A stretch of 47,849 nt of DNA from Nitrospirota bacterium (GTDB lineage: Bacteria > Nitrospirota > Leptospirillia > Leptospirillales > Leptospirillaceae): contig DAHXNG010000030.1 in assembly GCA_027366615.1 (NCBI GenBank), positions 1 through 47,849 on the forward strand. Reading direction: 5' to 3'. Positions 17,698-26,556 of this stretch are shown piece by piece. The stretch's first letter is position 1. Each line of letters opens with the position of its first letter. A model generated the notes under the pieces. The model searched no databases. It was not told the DNA's origin and saw only the letters and a program-made list of their open reading frames with translations. The position numbers were made by a program, and so were the translations under genes.

Positions 17698-19074
17698 CTA
17701 GTGGCTATGGCCCTTGTGATCATGGTCGTGGTCATGGTCATGACCGGCCTGCTCTTCAGGAGAAGGCAGAACTCCGAAAAAGTTCCATCCCAGAGTCTCC
17801 AGAAGGCCCTTGGCCCCGAAGATGTCTTCCCAGCCGGAAAAGGTCGATTTTCTGAGGAGATACTCCTCGGTCAGCCGGCGGCGGGCCGAAATCATGGCCT
17901 GTTCGATATATTCGTTCCGCTTGGCATCGTCTTTGCCGGGGCTCCCCGCACGCTGCACAAGGGAGAAAAACTCCTGTTCGACCCTCTGAATACCGGGACT
18001 GACCGGAATCTTTTCCGACAGGGAATCGAGAATGAACCACCAGATCGTATCCCGCTTGACCCTCTCCCTGTCGATCTCCGTTTCCGGGATTCCCCCACGC
18101 TTCATCCGATCGATCTCGAGATCGATCCGCCCCTCGGGAACCGGGATCGCGTTCCGGGAAAGAACCTCAACGACAAGCTCTTCCATCTTCCGGTGCAGAA
18201 CCTCGGTGACCTTCTGCTCCAGAACCCGCTTCTCCACGAGACTCTCCAGGGTCTCCCCGGCTGCCGGCTCTTTCCCGCCAAGCATGGTAGACAGAAGCTC
18301 TTCGCGAGTCAGTGGTTTCATGCGGCGGACAGAATGGATACCGATCGTGGCTTCCAGCGTCTCGGTACGCCCCGGCGACCCTTTTTTCTCTCCGGGGATA
18401 TTGAAGGGAATCTTCCCGGAAAAGGATTCGCCCGCCTTCTTGCCGATGAGTGAACGGGTCAGGATTTCCGGAACGCCTGGATCCCCCACGGTGATGGTCT
18501 GGCGACCGTCCCGGGAAAGTCCGGTGGCCGGATCGATGAAGGAGAAGGTAAAGTCAACCACATCGGACTCTTCTGCTGCCGTATCCGGAGGAAGATCGGT
18601 CACGAACTGGGTCGCCCCCCGCCTTGAGAGAAGATCGATCGCCTTCTCAATCTCGTCCTTGGGGACAGAGGGAAGGCTTTCGGGAGAGAGGGCGATCTTC
18701 TCGTAGACGAACCCCTGGGGAAGCGAAAAAACCTCAAGTATTCCCGAGAGAGAAAGGCCGGTCTTCTCGTGTTCCGGAGTCAGGGAAAACTCTTCCGGGT
18801 CAAGAAAGACAACCACTTCATCGGACTTTTTCACCAGAGTCTCGATGATCTCGGTATGGATGTTTCGGGTGACATCTTCATGGACGGAAGCCATGAGCGG
18901 GGGGCGGCTCCGGGCATAGGAGGCGGGAACGTGACCGGTCCTGTACCCAGGAACCTTCACATCCTTCAGGGCCTCACGAACCATCCGATCAACCCTCGTC
19001 CGGACCTCATCACCGGTATAGATCACCTGAAACTTCCTCTTTGCTCCCTCATCCGGCTCGATCTTCAAATCCAT
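17698..19074 (-). CDS. tig: Trigger factor (highly diverged, His-rich tail)
   Basis: VPGYRTGHVP matches the GFRxGxxP ribosome-binding signature; FKBP-like DVVDFTF...LIGKKAGE; canonical position before clpP-clpX. Confidence 0.8.
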   Translation of the reverse strand: MDLKIEPDEGAKRKFQVIYTGDEVRTRVDRMVREALKDVKVPGYRTGHVPASYARSRPPLMASVHEDVTRNIHTEIIETLVKKSDEVVVFLDPEEFSLTPEHEKTGLSLSGILEVFSLPQGFVYEKIALSPESLPSVPKDEIEKAIDLLSRRGATQFVTDLPPDTAAEESDVVDFTFSFIDPATGLSRDGRQTITVGDPGVPEILTRSLIGKKAGESFSGKIPFNIPGEKKGSPGRTETLEATIGIHSVRRMKPLTREELLSTMLGGKEPAAGETLESLVEKRVLEQKVTEVLHRKMEELVVEVLSRNAIPVPEGRIDLEIDRMKRGGIPETEIDRERVKRDTIWWFILDSLSEKIPVSPGIQRVEQEFFSLVQRAGSPGKDDAKRNEYIEQAMISARRRLTEEYLLRKSTFSGWEDIFGAKGLLETLGWNFFGVLPSPEEQAGHDHDHDHDHKGHSH

Positions 19075-19245
19075 CGGACACGCTTCCTTCCTCAAACATT
19101 GTTGGCATTATTGGACAAGGCGGTTCCCGCCGGACAAGCCACACGCCCCGTCCGACAACAAAATCTTCTCCAAAAGATCATCTTTTTATTCTAGCAGAAA
19201 CGAAGGCTCCGAAAAAACCCGCCCGTTCCCGAAAAGTTGTCGATA

Positions 19246-19273
19246 TTGACCTTTCCGGAAGGAAACGTATAAA
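19246..19273 (+). promoter_or_regulatory. Candidate sigma70 promoter for hemG
   Basis: TTGACC, 16-nt spacer, TATAAA. A divergent extended -10 (TGCTAGAAT, minus strand, about 19188-19196) could serve tig. Confidence 0.5.
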
Positions 19274-19335
19274 GTTTTCCGGGGAAGATGCCCCCCACCA
19301 CCCTCCTCCATCACAGATCCCTTGGGAGAACCACA

Positions 19336-20718
19336 TTGCCAATAGAAGATGTCGAGACACTTGTCGTCGGAGGAGGCATATCCGGCCTTGCCTGTGCCGC
19401 CCACCTGAAGAAAAATGGCCGCACAGTCAGACTTGTGGAGAGAGATGACCATCTCGGAGGAGTGATCCGGTCCCTTTCGGACAGCGGCTACCAGATCGAA
19501 ACCGGACCGAACAGCCTCCTGGTTCGCGCCGGGGAGCCGCTTCTCGAAGCCCTCTCCCTCATGGGTCTCGACAAAAAGGTTCAACAAGCCGGCACTACCG
19601 GAAAAAAACGGTACATCCTGAAAAACGGCCGCCCCTTAGCTCTTCCCATGAGCCTCTCCGAAGGCCTCACCTCGCCCTTTCTCTCCCTCGCTGGAAAGCT
19701 CCGGCTCCTGAAGGAGCCCTTCATCCCCCAAAGGGATCCCGCCCAATCTCATGACGAGACCGTGGCCGACTTTGTCCGGCGCCGACTGGGAGACGAGTTT
19801 CTCGAGGCGCTGATCGATCCGTTCGTCAAGGGCGTCTTCGCCTCCGACCCCCGGATCCTTTCCATGGCCGACACATTCCCCCGCCTTGTGGCCCTGGAGG
19901 AGCGCTACGGCTCTCTCGTGAAGGGGGGGCTGGCGCTCGCCACAGAAAAAAAGGGGCCATCGCCTCCCCTCACCCGGGAGATCCTCTCCTTTGAAGGTGG
20001 CATGGGAGCCCTTCCTCTTGCGCTGGCCGCCGATCTCGGCAGCGATGCCGGATCGAACGCCGAGGTCATCGGGTGCTCCCGATCCGAGCAGGGGTTCAGG
20101 ACAGCCCTTCTCTTCGAGGAGGAGACCTACTACATCCGGTCAAAACACCTTGTTTTTGCGGTCTCGGCTCCGCAGGCCGCAGAGCTCCTTCTGCCCCTGG
20201 CCCCCGAATCCGCCTCGCTCCTCGCCGGGATCCCTTACGCCCCCGTTGCGGTGGTCTACCTGGGATACCCGAGGGAGCGCATCGCACATCCACTCGATGG
20301 CTTCGGCCTTCTCGTCCCTTCCCGGGAGCGCCGGAAGATCCTCGGAGTCCTCTTCTCCTCCTCCCTCTTTCCAGGAAGAGCGCCGGAAGGCCATGTCCTT
20401 TTGACCGTCTTTGCGGGGGGGATGAGCCAGCCGAAGATCGCCACATCCTTCGACGAGGAGCTCCTCCCCCTTGTGACGGGGGAGGTCGAATCGATGCTAA
20501 AAGCCTCCGGTCGTCCTTCCTACGTCCGCATCCAGCGATGGGGAGGCGCCATTCCCCAAGCCACTCCTGGCCACGGTCAAAAAATCGGAACGATTCTGGC
20601 TGCCCTTCCCACCGGACTGCATCTGGCCGGATCCTATCTCGCCGGAGTCTCGGTCTCCCAGAGCTTCACATCCGGAATCCGCGCCGCGGAGAAAATCCTG
20701 GCGACCCCTCCGGACTGA
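19336..20718 (+). CDS. hemG: HemY-type protoporphyrinogen/coproporphyrinogen oxidase
   Basis: VVGGGISGL FAD-binding motif, ETGPNS, GFGLLVP and W..AIPQ. TTG 19336 after SD GGGAGA is preferred; the ORF track starts at 19288. Confidence 0.92.
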   Translation: MPIEDVETLVVGGGISGLACAAHLKKNGRTVRLVERDDHLGGVIRSLSDSGYQIETGPNSLLVRAGEPLLEALSLMGLDKKVQQAGTTGKKRYILKNGRPLALPMSLSEGLTSPFLSLAGKLRLLKEPFIPQRDPAQSHDETVADFVRRRLGDEFLEALIDPFVKGVFASDPRILSMADTFPRLVALEERYGSLVKGGLALATEKKGPSPPLTREILSFEGGMGALPLALAADLGSDAGSNAEVIGCSRSEQGFRTALLFEEETYYIRSKHLVFAVSAPQAAELLLPLAPESASLLAGIPYAPVAVVYLGYPRERIAHPLDGFGLLVPSRERRKILGVLFSSSLFPGRAPEGHVLLTVFAGGMSQPKIATSFDEELLPLVTGEVESMLKASGRPSYVRIQRWGGAIPQATPGHGQKIGTILAALPTGLHLAGSYLAGVSVSQSFTSGIRAAEKILATPPD

Positions 20719-20742
20719 TCCCGCATCCCCCGGTGCCGCCTG

Positions 20743-21417
20743 TCAGCAGGGAATTCCCTGCACGGAATGAAATTTCCCGGTCTCGAGACAGTAGGCGGAC
20801 AGCCGTCCCGTGCGGTAGGCTCCCGTGTCCACCATGATGATCCCCTCCCGATAGACCTTCGCCCTCCGGACAATGGTATGTCCCGAAACCACAATACGCC
20901 CGTCCCAGGAGGGAAGGATGTTCGGTGGACGAAGGTCGAGGCATTCATGAAGGGTGCCCGGGGAGGAAAGGCGGGTCTCGCAGAGAAGGATATCGCCCTG
21001 GCGTGTTCCGGGAACGGCCGGAAGTCCGCCGTGGACGACAATATGATTCGTATCGGACCAGACAAGGGGCCAGGAACTGAGCCACGACTCGAAGGCCCGG
21101 GCCCGGGTATGGCCGAGACGTCCGAAAAATTCGAGCGTTTTGGTTCCGCCAAACTCGGGATCTTCGTAAAAGGGAACACTGTCACCGTCCCGGAGACGAA
21201 GAAAGGAGGCCTCGTGGTTTCCCCGGACCGAGAGGAACCACCCCTCCTTCGAGCCTTCGTAGAGACGTGTCAGGAGATCCCCGATCCCCGCCCCCCGATC
21301 GAGCACATCCCCCGTGGCAATGATGCGATCCACCGTCCGGTCGAAGCGGATCTTTTCAAGGAGCCGCTCGAAGAGGGGAGCCTGCCCGTGAAGATCCCCC
21401 ACCACATAGGTGGCCAT
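20743..21417 (-). CDS. Metallophosphoesterase (PPP/ApaH/lambda-phosphatase-like)
   Basis: GDLHG, GDVLDRG, GNHE, HGG, GHT and DTG motifs. Confidence 0.9.
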   Translation of the reverse strand: MATYVVGDLHGQAPLFERLLEKIRFDRTVDRIIATGDVLDRGAGIGDLLTRLYEGSKEGWFLSVRGNHEASFLRLRDGDSVPFYEDPEFGGTKTLEFFGRLGHTRARAFESWLSSWPLVWSDTNHIVVHGGLPAVPGTRQGDILLCETRLSSPGTLHECLDLRPPNILPSWDGRIVVSGHTIVRRAKVYREGIIMVDTGAYRTGRLSAYCLETGKFHSVQGIPC

Positions 21418-21434
21418 TCGCGGGCTTCCTTCTG

Positions 21435-22451
21435 TCAGCCTGCCGGAAGGAGGCTTGAGAGAGAGCGTATGGTATTTTTGAGCGAGGAGGTCGCATCCCC
21501 GACGGCCGAGGGCTCAAACCCCGAGTGGACCATGCAATCACGACATTTGGGATTCTCCGAAGAAGGACCGTAAAGGCTCCAGTCCGTCTCCTCCATGAGT
21601 TCACGGTAGGTGGCGGCATATCCCTCGTTCAGAAGATAGCAGGGACGCTGCCAGCCCAGCACGGAGTAGTTCGGACTTCCCCAGGGGGTACAGTCGTAGT
21701 CCTTCTCCCCTTCGAGAAAGTCGAGGTAAAATGGGCTGTGGTTGAAGTTCCACCCCTTGCCCGCCCTGTCGGCCAGGATCGCCCGAAAAAGGTCCGTCGT
21801 CCGTTCCCGTCTCAGAAAATGATCCTGGTCCGGAGCCCAGGCATAGGAGTATCCGGGGGAGATCATCATCCCGTTGACCCCGAGATCTCTGGCAAAATCG
21901 AAGAAACGCCTGAGTTCCCGGGGATCTTCTCCTTCGAAGACCGTGGTATTTGTCGTCACCCGGAATCCCCGCGCCAGCGCCGTCTTGATCGCCCGAACCG
22001 CAATATCAAAGACGCCATCTCGACAGACGAGCCGGTCGTGGGTCTCCCGCAGACCATCGAGATGGACGCTGAAGGTCAGATAGGGCGAAGGGCTGATAGA
22101 CTCGAGGGCGCGCTCGAGAAGCAGACCGTTCGTGCATAGGTAGACGAATTTCTTGCGGGCGATCATCCCAGAGACGATTTCTCCGATCTCGGGGTGAATA
22201 AGGGGTTCCCCCCCGGCGATCGTGACAACCGGAGCCCCGCACTCCGCAACAACGTTAAAGCATTGCTCAGGGGAAAGCCTTTTCTTCAGGATCTCTTCAG
22301 GGTACTGGATCTTGCCGCAACCGGCACATTCGAGATTGCACCGAAAGAGCGGCTCGAGCATCAGGACAAGCGGATAGCGCTTCTCCCCCGACCATTTTTT
22401 CTTCATGACATAGGAGCCAACCTTCAGGGCCTGCTGAATAGGAATGGACAT
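21435..22451 (-). CDS. hpnH: Adenosyl-hopene transferase HpnH (radical SAM)
   Basis: [42 protein letters not shown] and [11 protein letters not shown] motifs. Confidence 0.95.
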   Translation of the reverse strand: MSIPIQQALKVGSYVMKKKWSGEKRYPLVLMLEPLFRCNLECAGCGKIQYPEEILKKRLSPEQCFNVVAECGAPVVTIAGGEPLIHPEIGEIVSGMIARKKFVYLCTNGLLLERALESISPSPYLTFSVHLDGLRETHDRLVCRDGVFDIAVRAIKTALARGFRVTTNTTVFEGEDPRELRRFFDFARDLGVNGMMISPGYSYAWAPDQDHFLRRERTTDLFRAILADRAGKGWNFNHSPFYLDFLEGEKDYDCTPWGSPNYSVLGWQRPCYLLNEGYAATYRELMEETDWSLYGPSSENPKCRDCMVHSGFEPSAVGDATSSLKNTIRSLSSLLPAG

Positions 22452-22578
22452 AAGAAACAACCTTTCCCGGAGGCATGTGGAGACAGCCGTCCGATTTGAC
22501 ATATCCGAACAAAGCGAAATCATCGCCGCAATGTAGAGGGATGACAAAAAATCACCGACAATCTAAGATCATTATGAG

Positions 22579-22608
22579 ATCATACGGAGGCGGTCGCTTT
22601 CCTGTCAA
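22579..22608 (-). promoter_or_regulatory. Candidate sigma70 promoter for hpnH
   Basis: TTGACA (22608-22603), 18-nt spacer, TATGAT (22584-22579). Confidence 0.55.
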
Positions 22609-22685
22609 GGAACGCCCCCGCAGCAAATCCTCCAAAATACATCGATCAAAGTCAAAAGTGATATTCACCCGGGAGGGATAGGCTT

Positions 22686-23711
22686 ATGCTTCTGGCAGGC
22701 GACATCGGGGGAACGAAGACCCTCCTGGGTCTCTTCTCTGCGGAGAGACCCACCGAGCCCCCGCTTTTTCTCCGCTCCTACCCTTCCCGGGAGCACACCT
22801 CCCTGGAATCTATCCTCTCCCTTTTCATGGAGGAGATTGCCCCCTTTCCCCCCCCCGGCTTCCGGATCGACTCCGCCGCCTTTGGCGTAGCAGGGCCGGT
22901 CATTAGCGGGCTCTGCCGGACGACAAACCTCCCCTGGGTCGTCGATACGAAATCGCTTGAGTCTCTGCTCTCACTTCCCAAAGGCGCTGTGGGCCTTGTG
23001 AACGACCTCGTCGCCATCGCCTGGGGCTCGACCGTCGCATCGCCGGAGACGCTCATGACCGTAAACGAAGGAATCCCTGACTCCGAGGGGACCCGGGTCG
23101 TTGTGGCACCGGGAACGGGGCTTGGAGAGGCGATCATCGGATTCTCCGGCGGAACGCCCATCGTCCTCGCGACCGAGGGAGGGCACGTGGATTGGGCCCC
23201 TCCCACGCCAGACGATGTTCCCCTCCTCGAATGGCTCTGGACAGCCTTTGGCCACGCCAGCCCCGAACGTCTCCTCTCGGGCCCCGGAATCGCCCTCCTG
23301 TATCGCTTTCATCTCCAGTCGATACCGCCACATGAGCATCCCCTCCCCCCGGAGACACCCGAAGAGAATATCCCGGAAGCTGTCTCGAAGGAAGCCGCCC
23401 GCGGAAATCCCCTGGCACGAAAAATCATCGACCACTTCTGGAGACTTCTCGCTGCCGAGGCCGGAAACATGGCCCTCAAGGCACTCTCGACGGGAGGCGT
23501 TGTTCTGGCGGGAGGAATCCCCGAAAAGATCGCCCCGTTTCTCGATCGCAAGGCCTTTATGGAAAGTTTTTCTTCAAAAGGGCGCTACCGGGACCTCCTT
23601 TTAAAAGTTCCGGTTCTGCTCGCCTCCGATCCCGAGATCGGCATCAAGGGGGCGACCGCGATCGCCCGTTCGATAAGACAACAACCTAAAAATGGAAGGA
23701 GCCCCTTGTGA
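22686..23711 (+). CDS. glk: Glucokinase
   Basis: LAGDIGGTKT, GVAGPV, TNLPW, VND, PGTGLGEA, TEGGH and F.SKGR motifs. Confidence 0.95.
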   Translation: MLLAGDIGGTKTLLGLFSAERPTEPPLFLRSYPSREHTSLESILSLFMEEIAPFPPPGFRIDSAAFGVAGPVISGLCRTTNLPWVVDTKSLESLLSLPKGAVGLVNDLVAIAWGSTVASPETLMTVNEGIPDSEGTRVVVAPGTGLGEAIIGFSGGTPIVLATEGGHVDWAPPTPDDVPLLEWLWTAFGHASPERLLSGPGIALLYRFHLQSIPPHEHPLPPETPEENIPEAVSKEAARGNPLARKIIDHFWRLLAAEAGNMALKALSTGGVVLAGGIPEKIAPFLDRKAFMESFSSKGRYRDLLLKVPVLLASDPEIGIKGATAIARSIRQQPKNGRSPL

Positions 23712-24496
23712 ACACAATATCCGGAGGAGTATCCGGGAACGCGGGAATCACACTCCTACGATTCCCCACCAAAACCGACTGGACCAGAAGGGGAGCCGAC
23801 GCCATCCTCGCACGCCTCGACGACCACCTTGCACGCCAGAGGACCGTCTCCGTCGCCCTGTCGGGAGGATCCACCCCTGCCCCCGTCTTCCGGGAGATGG
23901 CCGCCCGGCTCTCCTCGGAGTGGTCCGAGAAGAAGAGGGAGAGGATCCTCTGGTTTTTCGTGGACGAACGATGTGTTCCTCCCGGAGATCCACAGAGCAA
24001 CTACCGCATGGCAAAGGAGACCCTTTTTGCTCCGGCCAATATCGAGGATCGCTGCATCTTCCGTATGGAGGGAGAGCATCCCCACGCGGATATTGAAGCC
24101 TTGCGGTACGAACGCCTTCTCACCGACATTCTCGGGCCGGCCGTTCCCCACCCTCCCGTCATCGACATTCTTCTATTGGGGATGGGCCCCGACGGTCACA
24201 CCGCAAGTCTTTTTCCCGGGACATCCCCGGAAGACGACCGCCACAGGCTCGTCATTCCTGTGCCCCCGACAGGGGATCGCGTCGCCCGTATTACCCTCAC
24301 CTACCGCATGCTCGCTGGAGGGGGAGAACGCATCTTCCTTGTTTGCGGGCAGGAGAAGAGATCCATACTTGAAAAGGTTCTCTCTCCGGACGGCGATCTT
24401 CCCACCCAGTGGCTCCTGAGGGAGGCGAGCGGCCACGGACATCCCACCACATTCCTTCTTGATCCCGAGGCCGCCCCGGGGGATCTTCTGTCCTGA
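23708..24496 (+). CDS. pgl: 6-phosphogluconolactonase
   Basis: ALSGGSTP, VDERCVP...SNY, LGMGPDGHTASLFP and RITLT motifs. Confidence 0.95.
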   Translation: MNTISGGVSGNAGITLLRFPTKTDWTRRGADAILARLDDHLARQRTVSVALSGGSTPAPVFREMAARLSSEWSEKKRERILWFFVDERCVPPGDPQSNYRMAKETLFAPANIEDRCIFRMEGEHPHADIEALRYERLLTDILGPAVPHPPVIDILLLGMGPDGHTASLFPGTSPEDDRHRLVIPVPPTGDRVARITLTYRMLAGGGERIFLVCGQEKRSILEKVLSPDGDLPTQWLLREASGHGHPTTFLLDPEAAPGDLLS

Positions 24497-24610
24497 TACG
24501 ACAAAGATCGCCATTCCCGAAGCTTTCGGGGCAAGCGCCGGAAAAAGGGACCCGCCAGGTCGGAGGCGATACCCTTTGGCCATGATCGTGCCCCGGTGCC
24601 CCGATAATTC

Positions 24611-24640
24611 TTGCCCAGATCACGGATTCTTTAGTAGAAT
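24611..24640 (+). promoter_or_regulatory. Candidate sigma70 promoter for the 24751 gene
   Basis: TTGCCC, 18-nt spacer, TAGAAT, followed by a structured leader of about 100 nt. Confidence 0.45.
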
Positions 24641-24750
24641 TAAAAGATGCATGCGGACGGGAGGCATTTTCCCGTCATGCGGGATTTTCCACGAAATGGC
24701 TGGATTCATGACGGATAAGAGTTCGAGGCATAGCCTTTAGCGAGGAATTG

Positions 24751-25380
24751 ATGACAGAGTCGACATCGGGAAATGGTCCGGAAGCGGAAAAAAAACCACC
24801 CTCCCCCTCACCATCCGGCTCGAACTCGCCTGGACGTCCCGGAAAACCGAAAGACACATCTTCCCGGGAGTTCGAAGAGCTTTACAGCCCCTCCCGACCC
24901 CGGGAGGACCAGGGATTCAGTCCGGTCACGATTGCCATCTATATCGTTGTCGGACTTCTCCTCGTTGCAGGGATCGGGGGATCGATCATCGGCCTCAAGT
25001 CCGGCCCCCTGGGCAAACCCCACAAGCTTGTCTCCCAGCGAAGCATCAGCGCCCGGACCACCTTCCGGGTCATCCAGGGGAACGGCTGGCGGCTGAACAT
25101 GTCCATGCTCCTCTCCCCCTCGGTGGCCTACATGAAGTACACCCTCGAAGGCCAGGGGCCGATCAAGCTCCAGATGCTGGGAGCCAAGTACAAGATCGGC
25201 AATGGGGACATCGTTCCCCTTAAACTCCCTCCCGCCTACCTCATGTTCGAACCGCTCTCGCCCAAGGAGGAGACCTCGCGGGCCTTCTGGCTTGGGGGTT
25301 CCCCCGTCTACTCGATCACCATCCTTATGCGCATCGACGACGGCCACGAGATCCGGAACGAAACGGTCACATTCGACTAG
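24751..25380 (+). CDS. Hypothetical single-pass membrane protein
   Basis: Pro/Ser-rich N-terminus, one TM helix (IAIYIVVGLLLVAGIGG), beta-rich C-terminal domain; SD GAGG. Confidence 0.72.
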   Translation: MTESTSGNGPEAEKKPPSPSPSGSNSPGRPGKPKDTSSREFEELYSPSRPREDQGFSPVTIAIYIVVGLLLVAGIGGSIIGLKSGPLGKPHKLVSQRSISARTTFRVIQGNGWRLNMSMLLSPSVAYMKYTLEGQGPIKLQMLGAKYKIGNGDIVPLKLPPAYLMFEPLSPKEETSRAFWLGGSPVYSITILMRIDDGHEIRNETVTFD

Positions 25381-25384
25381 GGGC

Positions 25385-25738
25385 TCAGGATGAGGCCGCA
25401 GTGAGGCGCGCCTCCCCCAAAGCCGCCCCGATGCCTGCCACCTCGATCCGCTTTGTCCGGCTTGACTGCCCCCTCAGGATCGTAACCGAGGAGGGGGCAA
25501 CCTCAAGAAACTTCGCAAGAGCAACCACTACAGCCTCATTGGCCAGACCCTCCCGGGCCGGAACCCTCACCCCGACGACCCAGACCGGATCCTTCCCGTC
25601 CGGGCTCTCTCGCCGGAGAAACTCCCTGGACTGACCTGGCTTGACGGTGATCACGAAGCACCAGGAATCACGCCCTTCCGATTTTCCCCCCTTTGAAGAA
25701 CCTCCTCCCGCTCCTTTAGGGAAAGACTTCTTCGCCAC
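25385..25738 (-). CDS. DUF167/YggU family protein
   Basis: VKPG.SR, V.V..PAREG.ANEA...LA..L.V..S.V.I.RGQSSRTK signature; GTG 25738 inferred as start. Confidence 0.88.
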   Translation of the reverse strand: MAKKSFPKGAGGGSSKGGKSEGRDSWCFVITVKPGQSREFLRRESPDGKDPVWVVGVRVPAREGLANEAVVVALAKFLEVAPSSVTILRGQSSRTKRIEVAGIGAALGEARLTAASS

Positions 25739-26249
25739 TCGTCCCCCTTTCAAGACTCGACACTCCCTTTTCCCATCGATCGATCGCCTCGTAGAGGGCG
25801 TCGAACTCGCCCCTAAGGCGGGAAAGAGTGAGGGAAAGCTCCTGCCTGAGACGTCCGCGCCCTTCCTCGAGGATCCCAGAACGTTCACGAGCCTCCCGGA
25901 GGATCCCTTCGGCCTCGAGGCGCGCCTTCCTTGTGGCCTCCTCGGCCTGACTTCGAGCATCGCGAAGGATCTGGTCCGCCTCCCGGCGGGCCACAGCCTT
26001 CCACTCTTCCGCTGCGGCCTGTGCCGCAAGAAGAGTTTGTCCCAGGCTCTCCTCCCGCTTGCGGAGAGATTCCCGCTCGTCCTCGAGCGTCCGGATCTGT
26101 CCGGCAGCTTCTGCCGCGCCTTCAATGAGAGCGGCCACATCGTCAAAAAGGAGGTGGAGAAAGTCGTCGACCTCCCCGGGGGAATAGCCGCGAAAGCTCT
26201 TTGAAAACTCGTGGCTTCGAAGGTCGGACAGGCGGGTGTGGTCAATCAT
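25716..26249 (-). CDS. divIVA: DivIVA domain protein
   Basis: EFSKSFRGYSPGEVDDFL N-terminal signature followed by a long coiled coil; SD GAGGAG before ATG 26249. Confidence 0.9.
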   Translation of the reverse strand: MIDHTRLSDLRSHEFSKSFRGYSPGEVDDFLHLLFDDVAALIEGAAEAAGQIRTLEDERESLRKREESLGQTLLAAQAAAEEWKAVARREADQILRDARSQAEEATRKARLEAEGILREARERSGILEEGRGRLRQELSLTLSRLRGEFDALYEAIDRWEKGVSSLERGTSGEEVFP

Positions 26250-26296
26250 GCAGTCTCCTCTCTTGGCAGGAGGCCTCGCAGGGTCTTCCACTTTAA

Positions 26297-26533
26297 TCAG
26301 TAGATAAACCGTTCGATGGCCTGGATGATGAAAATGAGGATCAGGGGAGAGAGATCGAGCCCCCCCATCTTTTCCGGCGGAACAAGTCGCCGGATCGGGT
26401 GAAGAAACGGTTCGGTCACATAGTCCATGAAACGGATGATGGGGTTATTGGGATCAGGGCGAACCCAGGAGAGCAGCGCCCGAATGATGACGACCCATGT
26501 AAACGCATTGAGAATATGAGCAAAGAGCGAAAT
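26297..26533 (-). CDS. yggT: YggT family membrane protein (putative ATT start)
   Basis: IIRALLSWV.PDP.NPI......TEP.L.PIRR.VP...GGLDLSP signature; SD AAGGAGG 5 nt before ATT. Confidence 0.88.
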   Translation of the reverse strand: MSLFAHILNAFTWVVIIRALLSWVRPDPNNPIIRFMDYVTEPFLHPIRRLVPPEKMGGLDLSPLILIFIIQAIERFIY

Positions 26534-26556
26534 GGAATCCTCCTTCGGTTTGTCGG

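Noticed and set aside
19075..19335. Possible tRNA upstream of tig, a common arrangement
   Set aside because: No T-loop (GTTCRA) or cloverleaf is visible on either strand.
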